From: a virus
Lineage: Duplodnaviria; Caudoviricetes
Strand: one strand, 5' to 3'
Virus record (IMG/VR): IMGVR_UViG_3300031716_000024
Location: 1-39,932 of that record
DNA length: 39,932 bases
In this document: one piece after another, positions 1 to 8,766 of the stretch
How the letters are laid out: each line of letters begins with the position of its first letter
Position numbering within the stretch: position 1 is the stretch's first letter
The notes under the pieces: model-generated
Database searches by the model: none
Seen by the model: only the letters and a program-made list of their open reading frames with translations
Told to the model about the DNA's origin: nothing
Position numbers and translations under genes: made by a program

Positions 1-156
1 AAAAAAGGCATTGAAGGTCTAGCCACTCATTACAGAGCAAAAGAACAAATGGATGAAGATTACAAAGATTACAGGCTTGCCGCGCAGCTTTGGGAGCGAA
101 AGCACAAAGATGACCAGCCTGAAACTTTTGAATTTCCATCCTTATTAAAACTATAA
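1..156 (+). CDS. 3' fragment of PD-(D/E)XK exonuclease (allele A)
   Basis: KKGIEGLATHYR...FEFPSLLKL* matches the C-terminus of 38748-39584. Confidence 0.9.
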   Translation, partial: KKGIEGLATHYRAKEQMDEDYKDYRLAAQLWERKHKDDQPETFEFPSLLKL

Positions 157-504
157 AAAGGAAAAAATATGAAACCGCCAGAACGTGAAAAAACAGATTT
201 TGAAAAAATAAATATTGATGATTTTGTAGTAGGTGAAATTGAGGGGATTCAGTATGACCTTGAACACAAATTTAAAGGTTTTCAAGGCGCTGAGGACAAA
301 GTAAAGCCCGCGATTAGATTTAAATTTAAAATCGAGGGGTATAAATTCTCTCATTACTCTAGATGGATGAGTTTTAATCTTGGCGAAAAAGCGAATCTAT
401 TTCTTAAATATGTTCAGCCGCTTGTTGAAGACGCTAAGCCGGACATGGATCTAGATTTAGACGTTCTTCTTCACATGAAGGTCCGCATGTTGTGGAATGA
501 AAAA
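1..504 (+). repeat. Imperfect terminal direct repeat, copy A
   Basis: Aligns without gaps to 39429-39932; about 59 mismatches by hand count, mostly synonymous; last 51 nt identical. Confidence 0.95.
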
Positions 505-630
505 AACGGTTTTCAAAGTATAGAAACCATCCGGCCAATTGGAAAGAAAATCAGCGCCGGAACTGTGGATGTTGAAATGAATCCTGACGAGGAATTTCCG
601 GAAGAATTAAAACAGGAAGCTCCTTTCTGA
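169..630 (+). CDS. Putative single-stranded DNA-binding protein
   Basis: Follows the exonuclease; beta-rich body; acidic tail ending in PF (DEEFPEELKQEAPF), typical of phage SSBs; RBS AAGGA. Confidence 0.6.
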   Translation: MKPPEREKTDFEKINIDDFVVGEIEGIQYDLEHKFKGFQGAEDKVKPAIRFKFKIEGYKFSHYSRWMSFNLGEKANLFLKYVQPLVEDAKPDMDLDLDVLLHMKVRMLWNEKNGFQSIETIRPIGKKISAGTVDVEMNPDEEFPEELKQEAPF

Positions 631-947
631 TGCAAAAAATGTGCGCGAATCAATTGGAATTGTTTCGCAAAGATCATGGCATGTCTTTGGCGGCTGAAAG
701 AAATATTGTGATGCTCCAAGAAGCTAGAAGTATAGCGAAATGGCTTTCTAATTTGTACGGCGAGATTTCAATTGACGATGTTCGCGCACATTCTGAAAAA
801 CATGATCTTAAAATTGATTTTTCAGGAAATTGGGTTGGTAGTGTATTCAAGGAGTCATGTTGGCAGTTTGTAGGATTTAGAAAAGCAACGCACAAAAATA
901 GCCATGCTCGAATGATTCGGGTCTGGAAATTAAAACAGGGAGAATAA
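630..947 (+). CDS. Hypothetical phage protein, possibly winged-helix DNA-binding
   Basis: Coupled to the upstream stop (TGATG); no firm motif. Confidence 0.6.
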   Translation: MQKMCANQLELFRKDHGMSLAAERNIVMLQEARSIAKWLSNLYGEISIDDVRAHSEKHDLKIDFSGNWVGSVFKESCWQFVGFRKATHKNSHARMIRVWKLKQGE

Positions 948-948
948 A

Positions 949-1257
949 GTGAAAAACGAAATACCAAATCAACAGGGTGATGTGATTTTAAAAAGATGTT
1001 CCGGAGTTAAGGGTAAAAAATTAAATCATTTGGTTTTAGCGGAAGGTGAACACACCGGGCATAAGCATCAAATCATTGAGGGTGACGCTGAGATTTATGA
1101 TGACAACGGAACGTTTTATCTTCGCGTTGTTTCAGAACAAGCGATCTTGGCGCACGAAGAACACGCCCATCAAGTTATTGAACAAGGTGATTATCAAATT
1201 GGAATCGTTCAGGAGTACGATCATTTTGCTGAGGAGGCCCGCAATGTCGCAGATTAA
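949..1257 (+). CDS. His-rich 'QGDV' protein, usual partner of DUF6745 genes
   Basis: QQGDV, LAEGEHTGHKH, HEEH and QEYD motifs; GTG start after GGAG. Confidence 0.75.
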   Translation: MKNEIPNQQGDVILKRCSGVKGKKLNHLVLAEGEHTGHKHQIIEGDAEIYDDNGTFYLRVVSEQAILAHEEHAHQVIEQGDYQIGIVQEYDHFAEEARNVAD

Positions 1258-2218
1258 TAAATTATCCGAATCGCAAATTGCAAAGTTTTCCGAATATGTT
1301 GATAAATGGTTAAAAATTGGATTAGCAACCAATCGAATCACTTTAACATCAGCAAAACCTGTTATTGACAATTTGTATAAAAAAATCCTAAAAAAACCGA
1401 CAGTCCCAATAATTATTTTGCGCAGCCCTCTTGAGGCTTGGATTGCAACTCTTTATGTTGCTGCTTTATTTAATAAAAAAAGCCAAGTCGAGAGCCAAGT
1501 CTGGAGCCAAGTCAGGAGCCAAGTCTGGAGCCAAGTCGAGAGCCAAGTCAGGAGCCAAGTCAGGAGCCAAGTCGAGAGCCAAGTCGAGAGCCAAGTTCCG
1601 AATTTTGTGTGGCCCTATTTATCAGGAAAATTTTGGGCAGGGTATTTTGCTTTCTATGAATTTATGATTCACGAAGTCAAGGTTGAAGGAATCACTCCGC
1701 TTTGGCATGATTTAGTTCAAACCTCAGAATTAAATCTAATTTACCCATTAGATCAGGCTTGTATCATCAGCGACAATCCAACCGAGATTCATATCGTAAA
1801 TGGCCGCTTACATAAAGACGGCGCGCCTTCGATCAAATATGCAGATGGTTTTTCGGTTTGGTCACTAAATGGCGTTCAGGTTAAAAAGGAAATCGCTGAA
1901 ACGCCGGCTGAAGATTTAAATCCAAAAATGATTTTAAAAGAAGGTAACGCCGAAGTTCGCCGCGAGATTGTTCGGAAAATTGGAATAGAGCGCGTCTGCG
2001 AGTCTTTGAATGCGAGAGTAATAGACACCTTCGGAGATTACGAGCTTTTAAATTTAAGTTTAGGTGACGGGCGCGTCAGACCTTATCTGAAAATGAAAAA
2101 TCCTTCCATTGGAACTTTTCATATTGAAGGCGTTCATCCCGATTGTAAGACCTGCAAGGAAGCTTTAGCCTGGCGAAATAAACAAACTGAATATGTTGCA
2201 CCTAACGTTTTGACGTAA
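1244..2218 (+). CDS. DUF6745-like protein with SQV(E/W/R) repeats
   Basis: Start reassigned to ATG 1244 (GAGGAGG RBS); [31 protein letters not shown] and MKNPS motifs. Confidence 0.75.
   Translation: MSQINKLSESQIAKFSEYVDKWLKIGLATNRITLTSAKPVIDNLYKKILKKPTVPIIILRSPLEAWIATLYVAALFNKKSQVESQVWSQVRSQVWSQVESQVRSQVRSQVESQVESQVPNFVWPYLSGKFWAGYFAFYEFMIHEVKVEGITPLWHDLVQTSELNLIYPLDQACIISDNPTEIHIVNGRLHKDGAPSIKYADGFSVWSLNGVQVKKEIAETPAEDLNPKMILKEGNAEVRREIVRKIGIERVCESLNARVIDTFGDYELLNLSLGDGRVRPYLKMKNPSIGTFHIEGVHPDCKTCKEALAWRNKQTEYVAPNVLT
1481..1600 (+). repeat. 12-nt tandem repeat AGCCAAGTC-(GAG/TGG/AGG), 9 full copies plus 1 degenerate
   Basis: Read directly from the sequence. Confidence 0.97.
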
Positions 2219-2236
2219 ATAGTTTTTGGGGGATTT

Positions 2237-2968
2237 GTGGCAAAACGTCTTACAGATTCAAGTAAATGGGATGATCCATGGTTTATGGATCTCCCAAATG
2301 AATATAAACTCGCTTGGCTTTTTATTCTGGACCGCTGCGATCACGCCGGAATTTGGAAAGTTAATCTAAAAATAATGAATTTCTGTATAGGCCACACCAT
2401 TAAAGCGGATTGTTTTTTAACCGCCTGCAATGATCGAATTATACTTTTAGGGGAAGATAAATGGTTTATTCCAAAATTCATTTCTTACCAGTATGGGACT
2501 TTTAGCGATAGGTGTAATGCTCACAAACCAGTGCTTTCAGTTCTTAAGAAACATGGTTTAGAGGGTTATTTTATCCCTACTTTATCCCTACCAGGTAGGG
2601 AACAAAGACAAGAACAAGAACTGGATCAAGAAAAAGAGGGGATTGTTAAGGGGAGTCGAAAACCAAGTTTAGAAGAAGTGACGGCTGAATTTACTGCGAA
2701 AGGTTTTACTGCCGAAGCTCTGCGCTTTCACTCGTATTACGAGTCAGTGGGGTGGGTAGTGGGAAAATCAAGGAAACCGATGAAAAATTGGCGCGGGGCT
2801 GTTGCGACGTGGTTAGCGAATAGAAAAGAGTGGGATGAAAATCATCCTGCGCAACAAAAAAAACAACGCGATTTGGTTTTTAAAAAAGACCAAAGTTGTC
2901 AGTGTTGCAAAGGAACTGGCTATATGACGGTTTGCCCCGGCGTAAAGTGTCAGTTTTGCTGGAAATGA
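2237..2968 (+). CDS. Phage replication initiator / replisome organiser
   Basis: N-terminal KW.DPWF..L segment, low-complexity linker, YY..GW..G...MKNW...W domain, C-terminal Cys pairs. Confidence 0.7.
   Translation: MAKRLTDSSKWDDPWFMDLPNEYKLAWLFILDRCDHAGIWKVNLKIMNFCIGHTIKADCFLTACNDRIILLGEDKWFIPKFISYQYGTFSDRCNAHKPVLSVLKKHGLEGYFIPTLSLPGREQRQEQELDQEKEGIVKGSRKPSLEEVTAEFTAKGFTAEALRFHSYYESVGWVVGKSRKPMKNWRGAVATWLANRKEWDENHPAQQKKQRDLVFKKDQSCQCCKGTGYMTVCPGVKCQFCWK
2570..2640. promoter_or_regulatory. Putative replication origin (iterons plus A-rich tract) inside the initiator gene
   Basis: TTTATCCCTAC x2 (2570-2591), inverted repeat TCCCTACC-A-GGTAGGGA (2585-2601), then a purine/A-rich run. Confidence 0.45.
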
Positions 2969-3309
2969 AATCAAGAAACTTTATTAATTTCAGGCCTAAG
3001 AAATATAAAAACGTAAGTTGTTTTGTGGATGGAATCCGGTTTGATTCCAGGCGCGAAGCGGATTATTACGGGCAATTGAAATTAGAAAAGCGCGGCGGCT
3101 TGATAAAGGATTTTAAACGGCAAGTTGAATTTCCGCTTTCTGTAAACGGAATTAAAATTTGCACGCACCGGGTAGATTTTTTGGTGGATTTACCAAACGG
3201 AAAATCAGAAGTTAGAGAAGTTAAAGGCTTCGCCACTCCGGAATGGAATTTAAAACGCAAAATTTTCGAGGCTACATGGCCCGAAATTGAATATAAGGTG
3301 ATTAAATGA
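2965..3309 (+). CDS. DUF1064-family PD-(D/E)XK endonuclease (resolvase-like)
   Basis: KYKN...DGIRFDSRREADYY, VDFLV and EVKG; ATGA overlap with the upstream gene. Confidence 0.8.
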   Translation: MKSRNFINFRPKKYKNVSCFVDGIRFDSRREADYYGQLKLEKRGGLIKDFKRQVEFPLSVNGIKICTHRVDFLVDLPNGKSEVREVKGFATPEWNLKRKIFEATWPEIEYKVIK

Positions 3310-3449
3310 ATCGTGAACAGTTAGCTACAGAAGCTCTTAAGCTTGGAATCGCGCTTGTAGAACGCGAGCCCATTAACGGAGAATTTGTGAAGGACGAGAA
3401 ATTTCTTAATATGGCTAAGAAAGCTTTGCAGAAAGAGAGTGAAGAATGA
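3306..3449 (+). CDS. Small hypothetical protein, 47 aa (not in ORF track)
   Basis: MNREQLATEALKLG...; ATGA overlaps at both ends. Confidence 0.65.
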   Translation: MNREQLATEALKLGIALVEREPINGEFVKDEKFLNMAKKALQKESEE

Positions 3450-4174
3450 AAGTTTTAGTTACCGGCGGAGCAGGATTTATCGGCTCGCATTTAGCCGAAT
3501 TATTAATTAAATCACGCTATGAAGTAATTATCTATGACAATTTTTCTACCGGCTCATGGGCAAACATTCCTAAAAAATCAAAAGTTGTCGAGGGAGACAT
3601 TTTAGATTTTAAAAAATTAAAAAATGCTATGAGGGGTTGTAAATACGTTTTTCACTTGGCCGCGGTGTCGAGTATTGAAGAATGTAACAATCATCCAGTT
3701 TCAAGTGAAGCGATTAATTATATCGGGACTAAATCAGTTTTGCAGGCAGTTAGTAGTAGTAAGGTAAAGAAGGTGATATTCGCTTCAAGTTGCGCGGTTT
3801 ATTACGAACCAAATCTTTATGCTGAAACGAAATATAAATCCGAGGAAGCGATTAAAAATAGTTGCCTTGATTATGTAATTTTGAGACTTTTTAACATTTA
3901 CGGTGAACGCCAAAAAAACGGAGTGGTTTCTATATTTTGCTGCGCAGCCTGCGAAGATAAAAAAATGTTCATTCATGGGGACGGATCTCAAACGCGGGAT
4001 TTTGTATATGTTAAAGACGCCTGCAAGATGTTTATTAAGGCAATGAATCCAAGATATAAAAAAGCTTTATGGGACGTAAAAACTGGCCGCCAGACAAGCG
4101 TTAAACAGTTGGCAAAGATGGTTAAATTAGAAACTGGAATTAAAAAGGTGGTGGCACACATGAGGGAAAAATGA
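3446..4174 (+). CDS. NAD-dependent epimerase/dehydratase (short extended-SDR)
   Basis: TGGAGFIG, HLAA, YAETK (YxxxK), FNIYG, GDGSQTRDFVYV. Confidence 0.9.
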   Translation: MKVLVTGGAGFIGSHLAELLIKSRYEVIIYDNFSTGSWANIPKKSKVVEGDILDFKKLKNAMRGCKYVFHLAAVSSIEECNNHPVSSEAINYIGTKSVLQAVSSSKVKKVIFASSCAVYYEPNLYAETKYKSEEAIKNSCLDYVILRLFNIYGERQKNGVVSIFCCAACEDKKMFIHGDGSQTRDFVYVKDACKMFIKAMNPRYKKALWDVKTGRQTSVKQLAKMVKLETGIKKVVAHMREK

Positions 4175-4374
4175 GTTTTATTACTCAATTAAATCCAACC
4201 ATTCCAGTAGAAACTCCAAAAGGTCGTGCTGAAGCGGTTTTGATTGTTGATTACGGACCAGAACATAATCTTTACTGGACCGTATTTCTTGATGAAGGCG
4301 GCGAATGTTGGACATTTGAAAATACGAAAATAAGAGGTTGTGCAAATCCAAGTGTGGGGAGAATTAAAGAATGA
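4171..4374 (+). CDS. Small hypothetical phage protein
   Basis: QLNPTIPVETPKG...; ATGA overlaps on both sides. Confidence 0.7.
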   Translation: MSFITQLNPTIPVETPKGRAEAVLIVDYGPEHNLYWTVFLDEGGECWTFENTKIRGCANPSVGRIKE

Positions 4375-5309
4375 AAAATCAAAATGTATGTGTTATTGGA
4401 GGTGCTGGATTTTTAGGTTCTCATTTAGTTGATTATTTGGTGAAAGACAATAATGTTTTGGTGCTGGATAATTTAATCATTGGTCGTAAAGATTTTGTTA
4501 ATCCACTTGCAAAATTTATTTGGTTTGATATTACGCATTCGGAATTTAGTTTAAATAATATATTTAAAAAATATGGAATTAAATATGTCTTTAATTATGC
4601 TGCAGAACCTTATGTCCCTGCCTCTTATGATCGGCCACTTCACACCTTTGAGATAAATACAAAAGGAGCTTTAATGGTGATGAATGCTGCTCAGGATGCT
4701 GGCGTTAGAGGGATATTACAAATTTCATCAGCTGAAATTTACGGGGATATTATTGGGAAAATAAATGAAGAAGCTACGGCGCGTCCACATTCTACTTATG
4801 GGGCTTCAAAGCTTGCTATTGATAATTTAGTGCAAACACGTTTTAGAGAAGCTGGAAGTCCTATCATATCGCTTCGGCAGTTTAATTGTATTGGGGAAAG
4901 AGATGTGCTTCACCCGTATGTGGTCCCAGTAATTTACACCCAGCTTTTAAAAGGCAGGGAAGTAAGGCTAGGCAACAATTCATTCCGTGATTTTATGTAC
5001 GCCGGCGATCAAGCGCGTATGGCTGTTAATTTGCTCGAACACGGAGAATTTGGAGAAGTCTATAACCTTGGATCTGAAACCGGGATTCAAATTTACGAAC
5101 TTGCCAAGCTCATTGCTGAAATTATGGGAAAAGAAATTGAAATTGTAGTGGACGAATCCCGGAAGCGGAAGTGGGAAATATGGAATCTTTGTTCTGACAA
5201 TACAAAAATTCATGAAACAATAAAAACAGGAACTTCCATTACTTTTGAAGAGGCTCTTAAAAAAACTATTTCTTATTATGATCAGAATCCGGGAACGTGG
5301 GCGTTTTAA
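4371..5309 (+). CDS. NAD-dependent NDP-sugar dehydratase/epimerase
   Basis: GGAGFLG, SSAEIYG, YGASK, RDFMY. Confidence 0.9.
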   Translation: MKNQNVCVIGGAGFLGSHLVDYLVKDNNVLVLDNLIIGRKDFVNPLAKFIWFDITHSEFSLNNIFKKYGIKYVFNYAAEPYVPASYDRPLHTFEINTKGALMVMNAAQDAGVRGILQISSAEIYGDIIGKINEEATARPHSTYGASKLAIDNLVQTRFREAGSPIISLRQFNCIGERDVLHPYVVPVIYTQLLKGREVRLGNNSFRDFMYAGDQARMAVNLLEHGEFGEVYNLGSETGIQIYELAKLIAEIMGKEIEIVVDESRKRKWEIWNLCSDNTKIHETIKTGTSITFEEALKKTISYYDQNPGTWAF

Positions 5310-5310
5310 T

Positions 5311-5625
5311 ATGATCGTTTATATTTGTGATTTCTGCGGAGATTTAATTATAGGGGAAATTTCCCATATGGGGACAAAAAAAGATTTTAAAGAAAGAAAA
5401 AGTTTGGATATTTGCGCATATTGTTTAAGCACAACTTATGAAGAAAGGAGAAATTTAAAAAAGAAGGGTACTAATTATTATATATTCGTATTTAAAGATA
5501 AGGGATACGTACTTACAAATGATTTAAGAGAGTACAGAAACGATAATTTGAGAGGTTGCGCAAATACAGATAATCTTGATATTGCTGTTAGTCGTCAAAA
5601 AGACAGAGCGCTTAGGCGGAATTAA
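5311..5625 (+). CDS. Hypothetical protein with two CxxC motifs
   Basis: CDFC...CAYC; start placed at ATG 5311, just after the upstream stop. Confidence 0.55.
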   Translation: MIVYICDFCGDLIIGEISHMGTKKDFKERKSLDICAYCLSTTYEERRNLKKKGTNYYIFVFKDKGYVLTNDLREYRNDNLRGCANTDNLDIAVSRQKDRALRRN

Positions 5626-5719
5626 ATAGATATACCCTTTCCGACGTTCGGGTAAGTTGCAACGTGACGCTGGAAATCGTTGCCTAACAGCATTTCGAAA
5701 AATTTAATGGGACTGGACG

Positions 5720-6373
5720 ATGTACGAACGAAACAACGTAATCAGGCAGTTTGAACGAACAATCGCAAAGCATTGCGGCGCGCCGTACGCGGTAGCGGTT
5801 GAAAGTTGTACTGCTGCTTTGTTTTTTTGCTTTAAATATTTAAATGTGAGAACAGTTGAAGTGCCAAAGCGAACTTATCATAGTGTACCTATGCAGGTTC
5901 TTCATTCGGGTGGTGGTGTTAAATTTGTAAATCTAAAATGGAAAGGTGATTATCGGTTGAATCCTTATCCGATTATCGACAGTGCGGTCAGGTTCAAAAA
6001 GAATATGTACGAAAAAGGAACTTTCAGATGTCTTTCGTTCCAGTATTCAAAGCATATTCCGATTGGGCGCGGGGGAATGATATTAACAGACAGCAAAAAG
6101 GCTGCTGATTTATTCCGTTTAGCTAGAAACGATCAAAGGCAAGAAATCCCCAAAGAAAAAGATGATGTTAGAGGGATTGGCTGGAACGCATACATGACTC
6201 CCGAACAGGCCGCACGCGGACTTTCGCTCTTTTACTGGCGCATTCACAGCAAAAAAGATTTACCAGATATTGATATGAATTATATGGATTTAAGCACGCT
6301 TCCTGTTTTTAAACAGAAAGGTACAGCACGTGTTCCAAAAGCATTATGCAAAGGCCTACAATCTTTTAAATAG
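5720..6373 (+). CDS. DegT/DnrJ/EryC1/StrS PLP-dependent sugar aminotransferase (short)
   Basis: FE..IA...GAPYAVAVESCTAAL, IIDSA, LSFQYSKHIPIGRGGMILTD (PLP lysine), GWNAYM. Confidence 0.85.
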   Translation: MYERNNVIRQFERTIAKHCGAPYAVAVESCTAALFFCFKYLNVRTVEVPKRTYHSVPMQVLHSGGGVKFVNLKWKGDYRLNPYPIIDSAVRFKKNMYEKGTFRCLSFQYSKHIPIGRGGMILTDSKKAADLFRLARNDQRQEIPKEKDDVRGIGWNAYMTPEQAARGLSLFYWRIHSKKDLPDIDMNYMDLSTLPVFKQKGTARVPKALCKGLQSFK

Positions 6374-6986
6374 CAGTAAAGATTACAAAAGCGAAATCGA
6401 ATTTGTTTACAATTGGGGCGAGCAACCAAAAAGAATTTTTGATGTAGGTTGTGGGACAGCCTCTTATTGGAAATATTACCCCGAAATTACTCATATTCGC
6501 GGGATTGAAAAATCGAGCGATATGATTATTAAATCTGGTCGTCCCAAAGAAATACTTCTTGGTGATATTCAGGCAAGTAAGGCCCTTCTTAAAGCATACG
6601 GGGATTGTTTTGATTTATCCACAGCACTATTTGATGTCATTAATTATATTCCAAAACACTGGTGGTGGTCACATCTTCCCATTAAAAAGGGCGGGTATTT
6701 CATTTTTGATTGTTACGACAAAACAAAAGTGGATGCGGAAGGATTTAAAAAGACTCATAGAAAAGAAGGTGATATTGAGCGCTTAATCGTCCCTGGAGAA
6801 TATGACGGAAAACAAGTGACACTGAATATTGTTTTGTTCAGCGAGTATTTTTTTCATACGGAAGTTCATACTCTTTATATGTTTAGTGAAAGAGATATAA
6901 AAGCGTGGGCGCGCAGAAGTTTTGAAATCGTAGAAATTAAACAAAAGAATGATTGGAAGAAATGGTACAAGCTGAGAAAAAAATAG
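6330..6986 (+). CDS. Class I SAM-dependent methyltransferase
   Basis: IFDVGCGT, GIEKSSDM, LFDVINY, KKGGYFIFD. Confidence 0.85.
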   Translation: MFQKHYAKAYNLLNSSKDYKSEIEFVYNWGEQPKRIFDVGCGTASYWKYYPEITHIRGIEKSSDMIIKSGRPKEILLGDIQASKALLKAYGDCFDLSTALFDVINYIPKHWWWSHLPIKKGGYFIFDCYDKTKVDAEGFKKTHRKEGDIERLIVPGEYDGKQVTLNIVLFSEYFFHTEVHTLYMFSERDIKAWARRSFEIVEIKQKNDWKKWYKLRKK

Positions 6987-7957
6987 CATTGCTTCATAGA
7001 CATCCACAAGACCGAATCCGTGAAACAAACGCAGCATTCCCGTATTTGAAAGAAAAAGGAATTGATGTCTTGACGTTTAAAACATTCAGCCGCACAAGTA
7101 AATGGAGAAAGTTCTTTAAAAGTTTGCTGTGGATTTTATATGCTCCGCTATTGGTAATCGGCAAAAATTACGATGTGATTTATTGCGATGATTCTTATCC
7201 GTTTTATCCCATTTTCTTGAAGCTTGTATCACCCAAATCAAAAGTTGTTCTCCGGATTGGGGATTTCCATTTGATGTACAACTATTCCGGATTGATTTAT
7301 CAGATTCTTCATTTCTTCGAGAAAATAGGATGGCGAATGGCTGATCAAATATTAGCTATTTCTGGTGATATGGGTGTGTATTTTGGGCATAAAAGATTTT
7401 TTGATGTTCGTATTGTATTTGATCCGGTTGATCCTAAAGATTTCATTTATTCAGAAAAAAAGAATCATGGAACGGTCATGTTTCACGGGCTTTTAGTGAG
7501 AAATAAAAATGTGGATGTGATGATCGAAGCTGCTAAAAAGCTTCCCAATATCATCTTTATTATTATCGGCGATGGGCCAGACAAAAAGCGTCTTGAAAGT
7601 ATTGCGCCGAATAATGTGATCTTTAAAGGCTGGATTCCATTTGATCAGATTAAAAATTATATCTCTACATGTGCGATCGGCCTTGCGCTGCGAAGCAATA
7701 ACCCAGGCAATGATTATGTAGTCACAAGTCCGTTCCTTCAATATGGAGTTTCAGGAAAGCCGTGTATAGTTTCAAGGAGAAAAGTGTTCGGAAATTACGA
7801 GTGGCAATTTTCAAATGTTGATGAACTTGTTTTAAAAATAATGACTTTAATGCCAAAAGCGGAATATGAGGGCAAAAAATTACGCGAGTATGTTCTTAAA
7901 AACCATGATGCGAAACAAATAGCGGAAAGAATATGGGAAATCCTTTTGTCAGTGTAG
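6962..7957 (+). CDS. Glycosyltransferase family 4 (GT-B fold)
   Basis: FHGLLVRNKNVD, IIGDGPD, FKGWIP, QYGVSGKPCIVS; start could be 6953. Confidence 0.85.
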   Translation: MVQAEKKIALLHRHPQDRIRETNAAFPYLKEKGIDVLTFKTFSRTSKWRKFFKSLLWILYAPLLVIGKNYDVIYCDDSYPFYPIFLKLVSPKSKVVLRIGDFHLMYNYSGLIYQILHFFEKIGWRMADQILAISGDMGVYFGHKRFFDVRIVFDPVDPKDFIYSEKKNHGTVMFHGLLVRNKNVDVMIEAAKKLPNIIFIIIGDGPDKKRLESIAPNNVIFKGWIPFDQIKNYISTCAIGLALRSNNPGNDYVVTSPFLQYGVSGKPCIVSRRKVFGNYEWQFSNVDELVLKIMTLMPKAEYEGKKLREYVLKNHDAKQIAERIWEILLSV

Positions 7958-8766
7958 TTATATTAAGTTTAGATCCGCCCTATAGTTTAATTGCACAATT
8001 ATATAGTCAGACTTATAAGGACTTTCAAATTATCATTGCCCAGGAAAAGGGTATTGTAAATGCAATGAATAAAGCCCTTGAGCGCGCCAAAGGTGAAATA
8101 TTTGTCCGGATTGATGATGATGTAGAATTACCTCCAAATTGGCTTGAATACTTGGTAAATGGATTTAAGGCTGAAGAACTTGGTGGCTGTACAGGACCAA
8201 CTTTTATTCCAAAAGAAAGAAGAATGAATCGCGATAGTATTAGATGGGCTGAAAATCCTAATTGGTTTTTAAAGTGGTTATATGACAATGGTGAATTTAA
8301 TCCAGGAGGAATTAGAAAATGCGGGGTTGTTTCATACGATTCAAATTTTGATGAAAGATTTACTAATAAAAAATATTGGGATAAATCAGATCATTTAGAA
8401 GGAACAAATTGGGCAATGCGAACGGATTTAATTCGCAGGGTTGGTGGATTTGATCCAAAATTTGATGGTGTTGCCGAATGGTTTGATGATGATGTAGTTT
8501 TTAAAGCAAAAAAACTTGGCTATGAATTTTATTTCAACCCAAAAGCATATCTTTACCATATGATTGAACCATCAAATCCAACATTTCATGAACGCTTTGA
8601 TGGATTTGGAAGAATTAAAAACTTTCTTAGATTTCATTGGCGGCACGCAAGATGGAGATTTTTATATTATAAATTTTATATTTATTTAATTATTTGGGGA
8701 GGGTATTTTTTGTGTCAACCATTTCGATCGTTATTCCGACGATTCCGGGTAGGGAAGAATTATTAA
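7933..8766 (+). CDS. Glycosyltransferase family 2
   Basis: VSVVI, AMNKALERAKGEIFVRIDDD, VGGFD; hydrophobic C-terminus. Confidence 0.9.
   Translation: MGNPFVSVVILSLDPPYSLIAQLYSQTYKDFQIIIAQEKGIVNAMNKALERAKGEIFVRIDDDVELPPNWLEYLVNGFKAEELGGCTGPTFIPKERRMNRDSIRWAENPNWFLKWLYDNGEFNPGGIRKCGVVSYDSNFDERFTNKKYWDKSDHLEGTNWAMRTDLIRRVGGFDPKFDGVAEWFDDDVVFKAKKLGYEFYFNPKAYLYHMIEPSNPTFHERFDGFGRIKNFLRFHWRHARWRFLYYKFYIYLIIWGGYFLCQPFRSLFRRFRVGKNY

Noticed and set aside
1-504. Diversity-generating retroelement TR/VR pair
   Set aside because: Mismatches are not adenine-specific, are mostly synonymous, and there is no reverse transcriptase gene.
1481-1600. CRISPR or mini-array
   Set aside because: The unit is only 12 nt with a 3-nt variable part, lies in frame within a CDS, and there are no cas genes.
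1431-1667. AKSGAKSR histone-like ORF
   Set aside because: Alternative-frame by-product of the 12-nt repeat, with no clear RBS.
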